Origin: Eledone cirrhosa
Lineage: Eukaryota
DNA: 64,000 nt
Direction: 5' to 3'
Assembly: GCA_964016885.1 (NCBI GenBank)
Contig: OZ024756.1
Location: forward strand, 15,562,001 to 15,626,000
Below are positions 13,401-25,430 of this stretch, piece by piece. How positions within the stretch are numbered: position 1 is the first letter of the stretch; every line of letters starts with the position of its first letter. The position numbers and the translations under genes are program-made. The notes under the pieces are model-generated. The model was not told the origin of the DNA, did not search any database, and saw only the letters and a list, made by a program, of their open reading frames with translations.

Positions 13401-14857
13401 CCAATACCTATGTCCCCAACCCTCACCATAGAGTTGTCCCCCTTGAGTCTCAACAAAAAAGCACCCAGCCCTCATAATAAAGTGGCCATGTAAGTGTCAC
13501 AACAAAAAGCATCCAGTCCACCCTGTAAAGTGGTTGTGTAGGTGTCACAACAAAAAGCACCCAGTCCACCCTGTAAAGTGGTCATGTAGGTGTCACGACA
13601 AAAAGCACCCAGTCCACCCTGTAAAGTGGCCATGTAGGTGTCACAACAAAAAGCACCCACTCCACACTGTAAAGTGGTCATGTAGGTGTCACAACAAAAA
13701 GCACTCAGTCCACACTGTAAAGTGGTCGTGTAGGTGTCACAACAAAAAGCACCCAGTCCACCCTGTAAAGTGGTCATGTAGGTGTCACGACAAAAAGCAC
13801 CCAGTCCACCCTGTAAAGTGGCCATGTAGGTGTCACAACAAAAAGCACCCAGTCCACACTGTAAAGTGGTCATGTAGGTGTCATGGCAAAAAGCACCCAG
13901 TTCACACTGTAAAGTGGTTGTGTAGGTGTCACAACAAAAAGCACCCAGTTCACACTGTAAAGTGGTCATGTAGGTGTCATGGCAAAAAGCACCCAGTCCA
14001 CCCTGTAAAGTGGTCGTGTAGGTGTCACAACAAAAAGCACCCAACACACACTGTAAATGCGGTTGGCATTAGGAAGGGTATCCAGCTTTAGAAATCAAGC
14101 CAAAATCAGTTCCGTGTATGCAAATCAAGGTCCTCTGACCTGAACTCTCACTAAGGACTGCCCGTCCTACCCATGCTAGCGTGGAAAATGGACATTAAAT
14201 GATGATGATGATGATGATATATGTTTTTGTTAGAGTTCACACCAATGTAGGTTTAGCTGGCCTTTTATGAGATTTCCTGGCTGTTTTAACGATAGGGGTC
14301 TCACTGGATTGGACCTTCCATCATAATTTTATGTAAGAACCTTTGTTAAGTTATGTTCCAAATATCAACATAATGATGAGAAAGTTAGTTACATTGCTAA
14401 ATCCCCCCATATTCATCATTATTTTCATAATTATTTGAGACTCACTTCATTAAAAATATGGTAACAGAAAGGGTCGAAATACATCTCATATGGAAGCCAC
14501 TTTGGTAAACAGGGTTACAAATTTAAAACAGTGTCAGACCAGAGGGTGAGACAAAAGACATAGATCAGATACTATTATGTTCTGAGTTCAAATCCTACTA
14601 AGGTTAGCTTTGCCTTTCATCCTTACGGCGTCGATAAAATAAGCACCAGCAATGCACTGGGGTCGATTTAATCGACTTTCCCCTCCCCCAAATTGCTGGC
14701 CTTGTGCCTAAAGTAGAAATCATTATTACCTCGACAAAACAGAGCCACGTAAAACACTATCTTGGTTTTCATCATCACAAGAGTCATCAAAATGTTCTTC
14801 TTCAGATATCTTGGTTAGATTGGCATCCATTTCCCACAGATAATTACTGGTACTCAT
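1740..14857 (-). CDS. PROSER3: PROSER3-like (proline- and serine-rich protein 3-like), 5' part; complement(join(1740..2005,3201..3292,9824..9888,12986..13187,14730..14857)); 3' end lies outside the window
   Basis: Five phase-compatible GT-AG exons give an open frame [10 protein letters not shown]...[42 protein letters not shown]. This resembles the recalled PROSER3 N-terminal motif SVxxxYIxRFRxxxPxSRxxR...FWW. An in-frame TGA lies 4 codons upstream of the ATG. Confidence 0.72.
2080..3180. repeat. (CACAC)n-type compound microsatellite
   Basis: C/A-rich pentamer repeats. Confidence 0.95.
3201..3292 (-). CDS. PROSER3-like exon ([31 protein letters not shown])
   Basis: tttgcag acceptor, GTTAGT donor, unique island between microsatellites, phase 2 to 1. 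Confidence 0.68.
3585..3675. repeat. GC-rich near-perfect hairpin; related rearranged copy at 6921-7080
   Basis: gaccccgacggcagagctcaagccgtttcgacggctatttctgga pairs with tccagaaatagccgtcaaaacagcttgagctctgccgtcggggtc. Confidence 0.8.
3905..8060 (+). repeat. Local direct duplications: 3905-4640 vs 7335-8060, and 5155-5745 vs 5920-6510
   Basis: Paired ORF translations (3882/7376, 5245/6009, 5311/6075, 5610/6375) are nearly identical. Confidence 0.88.
8210..9163 (+). mobile_element. Internally deleted RTE-clade LINE (5' UTR and AP endonuclease joined directly to the 3' end)
   Basis: ORFs 8377 and 8778 encode APE motifs ([33 protein letters not shown]). At ~9060 the sequence jumps to YGHVMRM...KKC and the (TGA)n tail. 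Confidence 0.88.
9577..9638 (-). ncRNA. Type I hammerhead ribozyme-like motif (minimal, Penelope/retrozyme type)
   Basis: Minus strand reads ttttat-CTGACGA-ggacgtactg-loop-cagtaccttc-GAAA-tatat-ATA-ataaaa: 6-bp stem I, 9/10 stem II, palindromic stem III. Confidence 0.7.
9824..9888 (-). CDS. PROSER3-like probable exon ([21 protein letters not shown])
   Basis: ttttcag acceptor; supplies the phase 0 to 2 link between the flanking exons; donor GTTTTT is weak. Confidence 0.55.
10568..10612 (+). ncRNA. Type I hammerhead ribozyme-like motif (degenerate stem II)
   Basis: act-CTGATGA-ttccggc-cttgt-gctaggat-GAAAC-aatc-GTA-agt. Confidence 0.55.
10740..12905 (-). mobile_element. RTE-clade LINE, 5'-truncated, RT region with stops and frameshifts
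   Basis: [61 protein letters not shown] zinc-binding insert, [13 protein letters not shown]; (TCA)n tail at 10740. Confidence 0.93.
12986..13187 (-). CDS. PROSER3-like exon ([14 protein letters not shown]...EFWWMDL...SSLPQ)
   Basis: cttttcag acceptor, open frame with conserved YIxRFR/FWW motif, GTACCA donor. Confidence 0.82.
13450..14060 (+). repeat. Same 60-bp SINE-derived minisatellite (~10 units)
   Basis: Same unit as 556-1440, followed by the SINE tail to ~14218. Confidence 0.9.
14730..14857 (-). CDS. PROSER3-like first coding exon, coding part (exon acceptor at 14983, so 14858-14983 is 5' UTR)
   Basis: ttttctctttgcag acceptor at 14984; ATG at 14857; encodes ...[10 protein letters not shown]; GTAATA donor, phase 2. 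Confidence 0.7.
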
Positions 14858-15944
14858 ATCGTTAGCTCAGTGTCAATTCCTTGCAGTGACCTACTGGTAC
14901 TTAACTGGCAGATTAATGTCCATAGTCCACAGTTAATTACTGGTACCCAAAGTATTAGATTGTTTAGCATGTTCTGTAAACATCTGCAAAGAGAAAATTA
15001 CCAATGGGAGCAGATAAGCAAGGATTAAATGGTAACAAGTGTGTGTGTGTGTGTATGTCTGTGAGAAATAGATGTAGTGTGTGTGTATGTCTGTGAGAAA
15101 TAGATGTAGTGTGTGAGTGTGTATGTCTGTGAGAAATAGATGTAGTGTGTGAGTATGTCTGTGAGAAATAGATGTAGTGTGTGAGTGTGTATGTCTGTGA
15201 GAAATAGATGTAGTGTGTGTGTGTGTAAGAGAGAAAGATAAATGTAGTGTGTGCATGTGATATAGATGTAGTGTATTGTGAGTGTGTGTGTACATGTGAG
15301 ATAGTGTGTGAGATAGAAATGTAGTGTGTGTGTACATGTGTGATGGTGTGTGGAAGATAAAAGTAGTGTGTGCATGTGTGATGGTGTGTGGGAGATAAAA
15401 GTAGTGTGTGTGTGTGTGATATAGATGTAGTGTGTGTGATGGTGTGAGTGAGAGATAAATGTTGTGTGTGTGATAGATGCAGTGTACGTGATGGTGTGTG
15501 CATATGATATAGATGTAGTGTGTGTGTGTGTGATGGAACGTGTGTGTGTGTATGTGTGATATTTGCAGTGTGTGCTTGCATTTACTGTTTGTTCCGTAAC
15601 TTAGCAATTCGATCAAAAGGGATCGATAAAATAAGTATTAGTGCTGAAAGAAATTAGTAAATTAAAGCAGTGCCCCAGCATGGCCGCAATCTAATGACTA
15701 GAACCAGTAAAAGAATGTAAATAGTGAGAAGGGGAAAATAACCGAATGTGAAGTACGAGGGTGAAGGGGAGATAACTCTAAATTTCCTGACATTCTATTT
15801 AATATTGATTTTTTAATTTAGCAAAGTTGATTGAATCAACCCCAGTAGTTAACTGGTACGTTATTTTATGGGCCCCAGAAGGATGAAAGGCAACGCTGAC
15901 CTTGCCGGGATTTGAACTCAGAATGTAATTCACCAGAACAAATA

Positions 15945-16380
15945 CTGCCATGACTTTCGTAGACATTTTTTCACGCTCAGAGTTGCTGAAGCATGGAACA
16001 AACTGCCTGCGTCAATTGTTAGCTGCCGAGACACTGCATCCTTTAAGACACTCATGCTTCCCGAAATACGCCAAAACTACACCTGACGTACCCCTTCCAT
16101 ACATATGCACACATGTGTGTATCATGACTCGTGCACTGTTCATTTTCCTGATGTTTGTGCATTGCCCTATGTACTGTACATGCACTTTTTTGATGAGTTG
16201 TGGTGCACCTGGGCACTGTACACAATATTTCATTATTGTTATTGTTATTATATCATGACTCGTACACTGTTCATTTTCCTGACATTTGTACATTATTCTA
16301 TGTACTATACATGCACCTTTGATGAGTTGTAGTGCACCTGAGCACTGTACACAATAATTTCATTATTATTATTATTATAA
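15945..16380 (+). mobile_element. CR1/L2-type LINE 3' end with duplicated 3' UTR
   Basis: Translates to HDFRRHFFTLRVAEAWNKLPASIV..SFK; (ATT)n tails; 16125-16250 repeated at 16255-16378. Confidence 0.75.
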
Positions 16381-16699
16381 CATTTTATCCAAAGCTCTAC
16401 CTATTCTGCCTGAATCATCATCATCATCATTTAACGTCCATCTTCCACACTAGCATGGGTTAGCCGGTCTTGTTCCAATTGATGCGGGATTGGTCGGGAG
16501 ACCGTGTTTCGCTCGTACGGAAGTGTCTCTAGCAGATTTTTTACAGCTGGATGCCCTTCCTAACACCAACCACATTTACAGTGTGGACTGGGAGTCCTTT
16601 TACCATCTCTCCTACACGACCACCTTACAGTGTGGACTGTTGTGTCATCAACACAGTGGATGGAACGGAAAAGAGAGAATGGGGTAGGGGCGGGGGGCG

Positions 16700-17310
16700 G
16701 GGTGTATATTAGGTTAATAGGTGCCTAATGACTGTAGGTTTGTATGCAATGGCAGTCGGGTCTTCCCTACAACTGTATGGCGCCAAAGGTCTCGATCCAG
16801 TGTCATTGTCTTAGAGAGGTGTAGGTGAGCAAGGTCAGTTTTTATCACCTCGCCCCAGGTTTTTCTTGGTCTACCCACTCTGTAGCTTCCATCAATTTTC
16901 ATTGCTCTGCACTTTTTTATACAGCTGTCGTCCTTCATACGCATCACATGTACATACCAATGCAGTCTCTCCAGAATACAACATTTGATACCTCTCATGC
17001 TTAGTCTCTCTCTCTCAATTCGTTTATGCTTCACTGTTTGCTCACATTACTATTACACATACATCGGAGCATGCAAGCTTCATTTCTTTCTAATCTACGC
17101 AAGTCTTCAGCACACAAAGCCCAGGTATCACTACCATGTAATATTGCCGTTCGTATACAAGCATCATACAATCTGCCTTTCACTTTTAGAGAAAAACCCT
17201 TTGTGGCCAACAGCAGTATTAGCTCTCTGAAATGTTTCCATCCCATTCTAACTCTGGCTACTACACTTTCAGAGCACCCTCCACCACTGCTGATTTTGTC
17301 ACCCAGACAA
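16700..17310 (-). mobile_element. RTE LINE 3' fragment
   Basis: [37 protein letters not shown]. Confidence 0.85.
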
Positions 17311-19254
17311 ATATATTGGAATGACAACAGCATGATGAAGGACAAAAATTCAAAACGTTAACACCTTTTCTTACGGTATGGTATTGTCCTGTAACTCCTG
17401 GTGTTGGGTATTATAAACCTGACTGAAGAGCCTATCCCTCTCCATGTCTCAATACAGCAGATTTCTTCCAGAGAAGGATAGAAAGATAAAGAGAGGAAGT
17501 AAGAAAGAGATATAACATTAAACTGATAGATATCTTCATTCTACTGTATTGTTTCTCCTCATTGACTTCTCATATTCATACATACATACACATATATATA
17601 TACATACATACATATGTACACACATATATATATATATACATGATGGTTGCCCCCTCATTATCGAGTATGGCCATTGCACGATATACCATTATTAATAATT
17701 ATAAATTAATTCTATCGTGCAATGCCTGTGCATGAAGATATTTTTTAAAGTGAAGAAAGACTGTGCACTGAGCCAATCCCACTCTCTCAACGACAGTAGT
17801 TATAACCCGAAAAGAAGAAAAGATCAACATCATCGGTAACTACTGAGCCGCAGGTTTTATATCGGAGTTATCCCAGTTTCCTGAGTTGACTTCTCCTAGA
17901 AGAATGCCCTGACAAAGGCAATGGGTCCTTCACTCCCAGTGGTTTAACCGCATGGTACATGTGTATATACATATTTACACACTTTCGGATGGCTGTTGAC
18001 TCTTATGAGTTCTTCCGCTCTTTGTCAAGTTTTGTTTTTTGTCCTGCAGGGTGTCCAAAATCACCCTCCTCACCAAGTAAACTTGGTGAGGTTGCCGGTT
18101 TAGTCGCCGACGACTCAACCATGCGACAGGTTGTACTGGGTTACATATATTCATTCATTTCATTTTACGTCCGCTTTTCCCTGCTTGCAAGGGTGGGACG
18201 GGAACTGATTCTGGCTTGATTTCTACAGCTGGATGCCCTTCCTAACACCAACCTCATTTACAGTGAGTGTTGGGTGCTTTTTTGCCGTGGCACCTCCATG
18301 ACCACTTTGCAGTGGAATGATATGGACCCCAGTTCCTATCATCTCATTTCTAGAGCTGAGTAAACTGGAGCAATGTGAAATAAAGTGTCTTGCTGAAGAA
18401 TTGAACTCACAACCTTTCGATTGCAAGGCCAATGCTCTAACCACTAAGCCATGTGCCTCTATATATGTACACACATACATATGTACACATATATACACAC
18501 ATACATACAAACATACATATATATATATACACACATACATATGCACACACATACATATGTATACACATACATATGTACATATATACATACGTATACACAT
18601 ACATATGTACATTCATGCATTTTACATCAGGGATCACAGGCCTCGTGCATCAGAACTAAGCAGAGTCCAATCAGGGGTAACCACAGCAAGTAAAGGACTC
18701 AATACATTAGTAAAATATATACAACAAATGAAATTTGTTTTACATATATATATATATATATATATCATCATTATTTCTGTTTAGAGTCAATTCTTCCATG
18801 CTTGCATGGGTTAGACAGGTCGTCCATACCGGGAAGCAAATCTGACCATGGTTGGCCATGTCGCACCTTGCTCCTGCAAGGACTGTAAATTTGGCCGGGT
18901 ATTTTACAGCTGGATGCCCTTCCTAGCACCAACCACATTTATAGTATACATGATGAAAGAGTTCTGTGCTACAGAACTTCCAAATAGGAACAACCACACC
19001 CCACAAATTCAAAGTCACCCTGGTCACCATGGTTACCCAATTTTCCAACTCCAACCTACAGTGCTCATGGTGAGGGCAGAACCATTCACTGTTATTTCCA
19101 CTAGAGACACCCGAACTTTTAAAGAAACCACTGGAAGGGTACTCTGACAATGTCCTTTTTAAGTGGAACTTGAAAATAACATTCCATAACATTAATAATA
19201 AATTTAATAATTGTTTCTACTTTTGGCACAAGGCCAGCAATTACCCAGTACATT

Positions 19255-20078
19255 ATGAAATGGCCATGTTCGATATGCAGAAAAGGAACTGGCATAAATT
19301 CTATAAAATGCACACAATGCAGATCCTGGGTACACAAGAGATGTAGCGGGATAGCAGGCAAACTAACAGGTAGAGAGAAATATGTGCGCAGTAGATGTAC
19401 AGGGAAATTAGACAGTAGAAGTCGCATTGATAGACACATTTTTCAAATGCAGGCGGGTGCTATAGAAGTGGTGGATAGCTTCCGGTACCTAGGAGATCAG
19501 ATTAGCATGGGAGGGGGGGGGGGTCCGAGGCCATAGTATCTAGAATAAGGACGGGTTGGAAGAAGTTTAGGGAGCTGCTTCCTCTGCTGACGAAGAAGGG
19601 TTTCTCCCTGCGTACGAAAGGCCAGTTATATGATGCCTGTGTGAGGAGCGCAATGGGCAGCAAGTGCAGAGGATATGCGACGGCTGGAGAGAAATGAGGC
19701 AACCATGCTCCGTTGGATGTGCAGTGTCAATGTGCGTGAACGACCCAGCATGATTGTGTTGAGAGAGAAACTGTGTCTGAGAGGGATAGAATGTAGTGTA
19801 CGAGAGAGGAGACTGAGGTGGTATGGACATGTGATGCGCATGGAGGATGACTGATGGATGAAGAAATGCCAGGAAATGCCAGTTGAAGGAAGACGTGGTA
19901 GAGGTAGACCACGAAAAACATGGGCGGAGGTGGTGAGAACAGACCTCAGATCGCTGAAGCTCACGGTAGAGATGACGAAGGACCGTGACAAGTGGAGAGA
20001 TGCTGTGCTGAATAAGACCCGTTCCACCCTTGCAAGCAGGGAAGAGTGGACGTATGATGATGATGATGATGATGATGA
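19255..20078 (+). mobile_element. RTE LINE 3' fragment, same subfamily as 10740-12905
   Basis: [10 protein letters not shown]...FRYLG...RGRPRKTW and (GAT)n tail. Confidence 0.9.
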
Positions 20079-20475
20079 TTACTGGTACTTTATTTTATCA
20101 ACCTCATAAGGATGAAAGGAAAAGTTAACCTCGATGGGATTTGAACTCAGACCATAAAGGGTCGTAACTCTATACTGCAAAGCATGGCGTCCGACCCTCT
20201 ACCGATACTGTCAATTCACCGCCCTAATAAAATAAAATAAATAATAATTAAATAAAATAATAAAATAAATAGTAATTAATAATTAGCAAATGGACAGCTT
20301 TGTTTTATAGAACTAGAGCTGGTTTTGTGTGAGTTAAGGGTTAAAACAAGCAGCTTATATTGTAGAACCCCGGGTGCTTTCAGGCAGTTTGGTATTAAAA
20401 GGGTTAAAGAATCTGATACAACATACTCAGAAGATATGGATAACCAAATATGGAAATATTGTTGACACTCTTGAG

Positions 20476-20816
20476 CAGAGGTTCTCAAACTTGTAGCCCC
20501 CCCCCCCCCCCCCCCCCCTCACAGTCACGTAATACCCTCAGCACACCCCAACCCTATTTCCAGTGAGATCTACCTACACACAAATTGTAAATAATATAAA
20601 ATTGTTAATTTATATATAATAAATAATATAATATATACTATGTATAAATAAATAATATATATTTTTTTTATTTTACTATATATATATATAATATGTATCA
20701 TTTGATATTTAATATACTATTATATCATCTCTACCACCACTACCCTAGGCCCCAGCGACCTCTGGACCTTCTCAACGCCCTCCAGGGGGCAATAGCGTCC
20801 ACTTTGAGAACCTCTG
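20476..20816. mobile_element. hAT-type non-autonomous element (MITE)
   Basis: TIRs CAGAGGTTCTCAAA / TTTGAGAACCTCTG; 8-bp TSD ctcttgag/ctctagag. Confidence 0.85.
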
Positions 20817-21059
20817 CTCTAGAGAAATGAATACAGTTTCATCTGTAAACACTCTTTCTTTCCTGTTACCTCTCTCATTACCCTCAATGGCCTTTTTAAG
20901 TAGAACTTGAAAATAACATTCCATTACATTAATAATAAATTTAATAATTAATAATTAGTAATTAATAATTAGCAAAGTTTAAAACTGGATTTGTCATCAA
21001 CATTCCTGCATTAGTACAACTATAATGAAACATTTGTATCATGGCATACAGGGAGGACT

Positions 21060-22785
21060 AGAAGTTGATGGTGGTGATGGTGGTGGTGGTGGTTGTGATG
21101 GTAATAGTTAATGGAGGTGGTGGTGGTGGTGGTGGTGGTGGTGGCTGTGATGGTAGTAGTTGATGGTGGTGGTGGTGGTGGCTGTGGTGACAGTAGTTGA
21201 TGGTAGTGGTGGCTATGGTGGTAGTAGTTGATGGTGGTGGTGGCTGTGGTGGTAGTAGTTGATGGCGGCGGTGGTGGTGGCTGTGGTGGTAGTAGTTGAT
21301 GGTGGTGGCGGTGGTTGTGATGGTAGTAGTTGATGGTGGTGGTGGTTGTGATGGTAGTAGTTGATGGTGGTGGTGGTGGTTGTCATAGTAGTAGTTGATG
21401 GTGGTGGATGTGGTGGTAGTAGTTGATGGTGGTGGTGGTGGTTGTGATGGTAGTAGTAGTTGATGGTGGTGGTGGTGGTGGTGGTTGTGATGATAGTAGT
21501 TGATGGTGGTGGCGATGGTTGTGATGGTAGTAGTTGATGGTGGTGGTGGTGGTGGTGGTTGTGATGGTAGTAGTTGATGGTGGTGGTGGTGGTTGTGATG
21601 GTAGTAGTTGATGGTGGTGGCGATGGTTGTGATGGTAGTAGTTGATGGTGGTGGTGGTGGTGGTGGTTGTGATGGTAGTAGTTGATGGTGGTGGTGGTGG
21701 TTGTGATGGTAGTAGTTGATGGTGGTGGCGATGGTTGTGATGGTAGTGGTGGTGGCTGTGGTGGTAGTAGTTGATGGTGGTGGCAGTGGTTGTGATGGTA
21801 GTAGTTGATGGTGGTGGTGGTGGTGGTGGTTGTGATGGTAGTAGTTGATGGTGGTGGCGATGGTTGTGATGGTAGTAGTTGATGGTGGTGGTGGTGGTGG
21901 TGGTTGTGATGATAGTAGTTGATGGTGGTGGTGGTGGCTGTGGTGGTAGTAGTTGATGGTGGTGGCAGTGGTTGTGATGGTAGTAGTTGATGGTGGTGGC
22001 GGTGGTGGTTGTGATGGTAGTAGTTGATGGTGGTGGCAGTGGTTGTGATGGTAGTAGTTGATGGTGGTGGTGGTTGTGATGGTAGTAGTTGATGGTGGTG
22101 GTGGTTGTGATGGTAGTAGTTGATGGTGGTGGTGGTGGTGGTGGTTGTGATGGTAGTAGTTGATGGTGGTGGCAGTGGTTGTGATGGTAGTAGTTGATGG
22201 TGGTGGTGGCTGTGGTGGTAGTAGTTGATGGTGGTGGCGGTGGTTGTGATGGTAGTAGTTGATGGTGGTGGTGGTTGTGATGGTAGTAGTTGATTGTGGT
22301 GGTGGTGGTTGTGATGGTAGTAGTTGATGGTGGTGGTGGTGGTGGTTGTGATGGTAGTAGTTGATGGTGGTGGTGGCTGTGGTGGTAGTAGTTGATGGTG
22401 GTGGCGGTGGTTGTGATGGTAGTAGTTGATGGTGGTGGTGGTTGTGATGGTAGTAGTTGATGGTGGTGGCAGTGGTTGTGATGGTAGTAGTTGATGGTGG
22501 TGGTGGTTGTGATGGTAGTAGTTGATTGTGGTGGTGGTGGTTGTGATGGTAGTAGTAGTTGATGGTGGTGGTGGTGGTGGTTGTGATGGTAGTAGTTGAT
22601 GGTGGTGGCTGTGGTGGTAGTAGTTGATGGTGGCGGTGGTTGTGATGATAGTAGTTGATGGTGGTGGTGGTGGTTGTGATGGTAGTAGTTGATGGTGGTG
22701 GTGGCTTTGGAGACAGTAGTTGGTGGTGGCGGTGGTGGCAGTGGTGGCAGTGTTGGTGGCTATGGTGGTGGTGGTGGTGACGGTG
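21060..22785. repeat. Compound trinucleotide satellite (GGT/GAT/AGT; unit ggttgtgatggtagtagttgat(ggt)n)
   Basis: Direct inspection; explains the spurious 540-aa ORF. Confidence 0.95.
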
Positions 22786-24718
22786 AGAATTGTGAAAAGC
22801 AGATAAATGACAATAATGGTTTCTGATTTAGGCACAAAGCCAACAATTTTGGGGGGAGAGGAAAAGTCGATTAAATCGACCCCAGTGCATTACTGGTGCT
22901 TTATTTTATCGACCCCGTAAGGATGAAAGGCAAAGTTAACCTCGGCGGGATTTGAACTCAGACCGTAACTCTATGCAGCAAAGCAGGGTAATAAGGAGAT
23001 AGCTGATGATGATGATGATGAGGGGGGAGGGGGAGGAGTATTATAACAAGGAGATAGATGAGGATGATGATCATCATAATAAGAAAGAAAGAGAGAAAGA
23101 AAGTGTTTACAGATCAAATTGAATTAATTTCTTAGAGTGTCAACAATACTTCCATATTTGGCTATCCATATCTGAGCATGTTGCATCAGATTCTTTAACC
23201 CTTTTGAGACCAAACTGCCTGAAAGCACCCAGGGTTCTACAATATAAACTGCTTGTTTTAACCCTTAACTCACCCAAAACCAGCTCTAGTTCTATAAAAC
23301 AAAGCTGTTCATTTTAATGAATTCCTATATATATTGAAATTTTCCAACATAATTTTATATAAAGATCTTTTGTTACGTTACAAACACCGACTACAAAAAT
23401 GACATGATTAACGATTTTAGTAAATAACTCCAAATTCTTCATTAGCCATCTTCGGAGGCAATGTATTCTCCATCCTGTCATCCGGGACCCAGAGGTGGAG
23501 GGTAAGATAGTTGGAGGTGGAGGAGACTCGTTTGGCCGGGACCAAGAGGTGGAGGCAGGGCCTCCAAGAGAAATTTTGCAAAGCGGTACAAGACACCTTT
23601 GGGCAAAGAAGACACTGAAGCAGGCAAAGATTTTTCTCAAAATGGATGTTGCATGGTTGCTGTGGGGCCTTCTTAGCGCTTGGGCCTCGGAACAAAGTAC
23701 CGGCTGGACCCCCGTCTCTCATAGGCCCTGGATGTAGGATAAGATAGTTGAAGGTGGAGGAGGCTCGTTTGGACGTCACACATACAAAGATACCAATTTA
23801 ATGTTTCTTACTAACTAAAAAGTAGAAATATGGCCTACGGTAGTGGATGAGTGTTTGTTGTTGATGAGATTGAATAAATTAGAGTGTCTTTCAGTAGAAA
23901 TATGGTAATGAAAGGCTTAGAGTTTATCTAAAAATATTCCATCATAATGTTTTAATAAATCACTCCAAATTCTTCATTAATTAATTGAAATACAGTGTCT
24001 TTTCATTAGAAATGTGGTAACGAAAGTGTTAGGCATGATTAAACAGTCAACCTTTTGCAAACAATCCCCGACCCCTAAAATTCTGCAGGTGTTTTTGTCA
24101 AATGTTTTATCATTTATTGGTTCATCTATGAATATTAAGAAATGAATCAACAGGTTTCCGGAACTTTCTTTAATAATATATACACAGATATATATAATAT
24201 ATCGCTAAATGATTAATTATAGTATATACTACTAAGATCTGAATCACAGAAATTATAGATTTTAAAAAATATTTTTTACACATTAATGTGCAACATTTAG
24301 CAGTGGGAAACAATCAATTCTGAGGTGTATACATATCACCACCGTTTTACGTCCGTTCTTCCACACTAGCATGGGTTAGACGGGTTGTCCTGTTGTGGGC
24401 AGTGTCCAGTCGGCTAACCTTGTCTTGCTCATACGGGAACTGATTCTGGCTTGATTTCTACAGCTGGATGCCCTTCCTAACACCAACCTCATTTACAGTG
24501 AATGCTGGGTGCTTTTTTGTTGTGGCACCTCCACGACCAATTTGCAGTGGAATGATAGGGACTCCAGTCCTATCATCTCATTTCTACAGCTGAGTAAACT
24601 GGAGCAATGTGAAATAAAGTGTCTTGCTCAAGGAAACAACACATCACCCGGTCTTAGAATTGAACTCACAACCTTTTGATTGCAAGCCCAATGCTCTAAC
24701 CACTAAGCCATGCGCCTT

Positions 24719-24759
<41 letters not shown>

Positions 24760-24789
24760 TATATTTGCAGACGACATGGTGTTACTCAA

Positions 24790-25430
24790 CTAGACAGAAG
24801 AGGATCTTTAACTTGCACTTGATAGGTTTGATGCCAAGTGCTGCAAGGCTGGAATGAAAATCAGTGCTGTGAAAACTGAGACACTACATGTGAATGGAGT
24901 TCCACTGAAGCAGGTAGACAAGTTCAAGTACCTCGAGGCCGTGTTCACGAGTGGTGGAAGGCAGGAAGCTGAATTAAGTGCAAGAATTGTAAAAGCTGGT
25001 GCAGTAACCAGCTTCAGCATTCAGTAATCAGAAGGGAGGTAGGTGTAAAAGCCAAACTTGCTGTCTTCAATTCGGTTTACGTGCCAACCCTTACCTACGA
25101 TCATGAATCTTGGGTAATGACTAGGATTCCTCCAAAGGGTCTTTGGAGTAGCGTTACTCGATAAAGTGCGTAGCTCAAAGATCTGAATCACTCCAAGCAG
25201 AGCCGTTACTTCTCCGAATCGAGAGATCACAGCTCCAATACTATGGTATGGGCATGTGGATAGAATGTCTCAGGAAAGAATTGGGCAAAACCAACCAACA
25301 GGAGACCCAGGAGTAGACCCCAAGCAAAATGGCTGGTCTCGCTTGGGGATCCAGCCGAATAAGTTGGATATGGTTGTTTGTGACGGGACCTGCTGGAGAG
25401 AGCGTTTGAGGATGCCCCCACGATGCTAAA
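24790..25430 (+). mobile_element. Degenerate RTE-like LINE 3' fragment (second family)
   Basis: GMKISAVKTE..HVNGVPLKQVDKFKYL..; related to 58290-59090. Confidence 0.75.

Noticed and set aside
21213-22835. 540-aa Thr/His/Pro-rich ORF
   Set aside because: Pure trinucleotide satellite with frame-hopping translations and no splice or domain support
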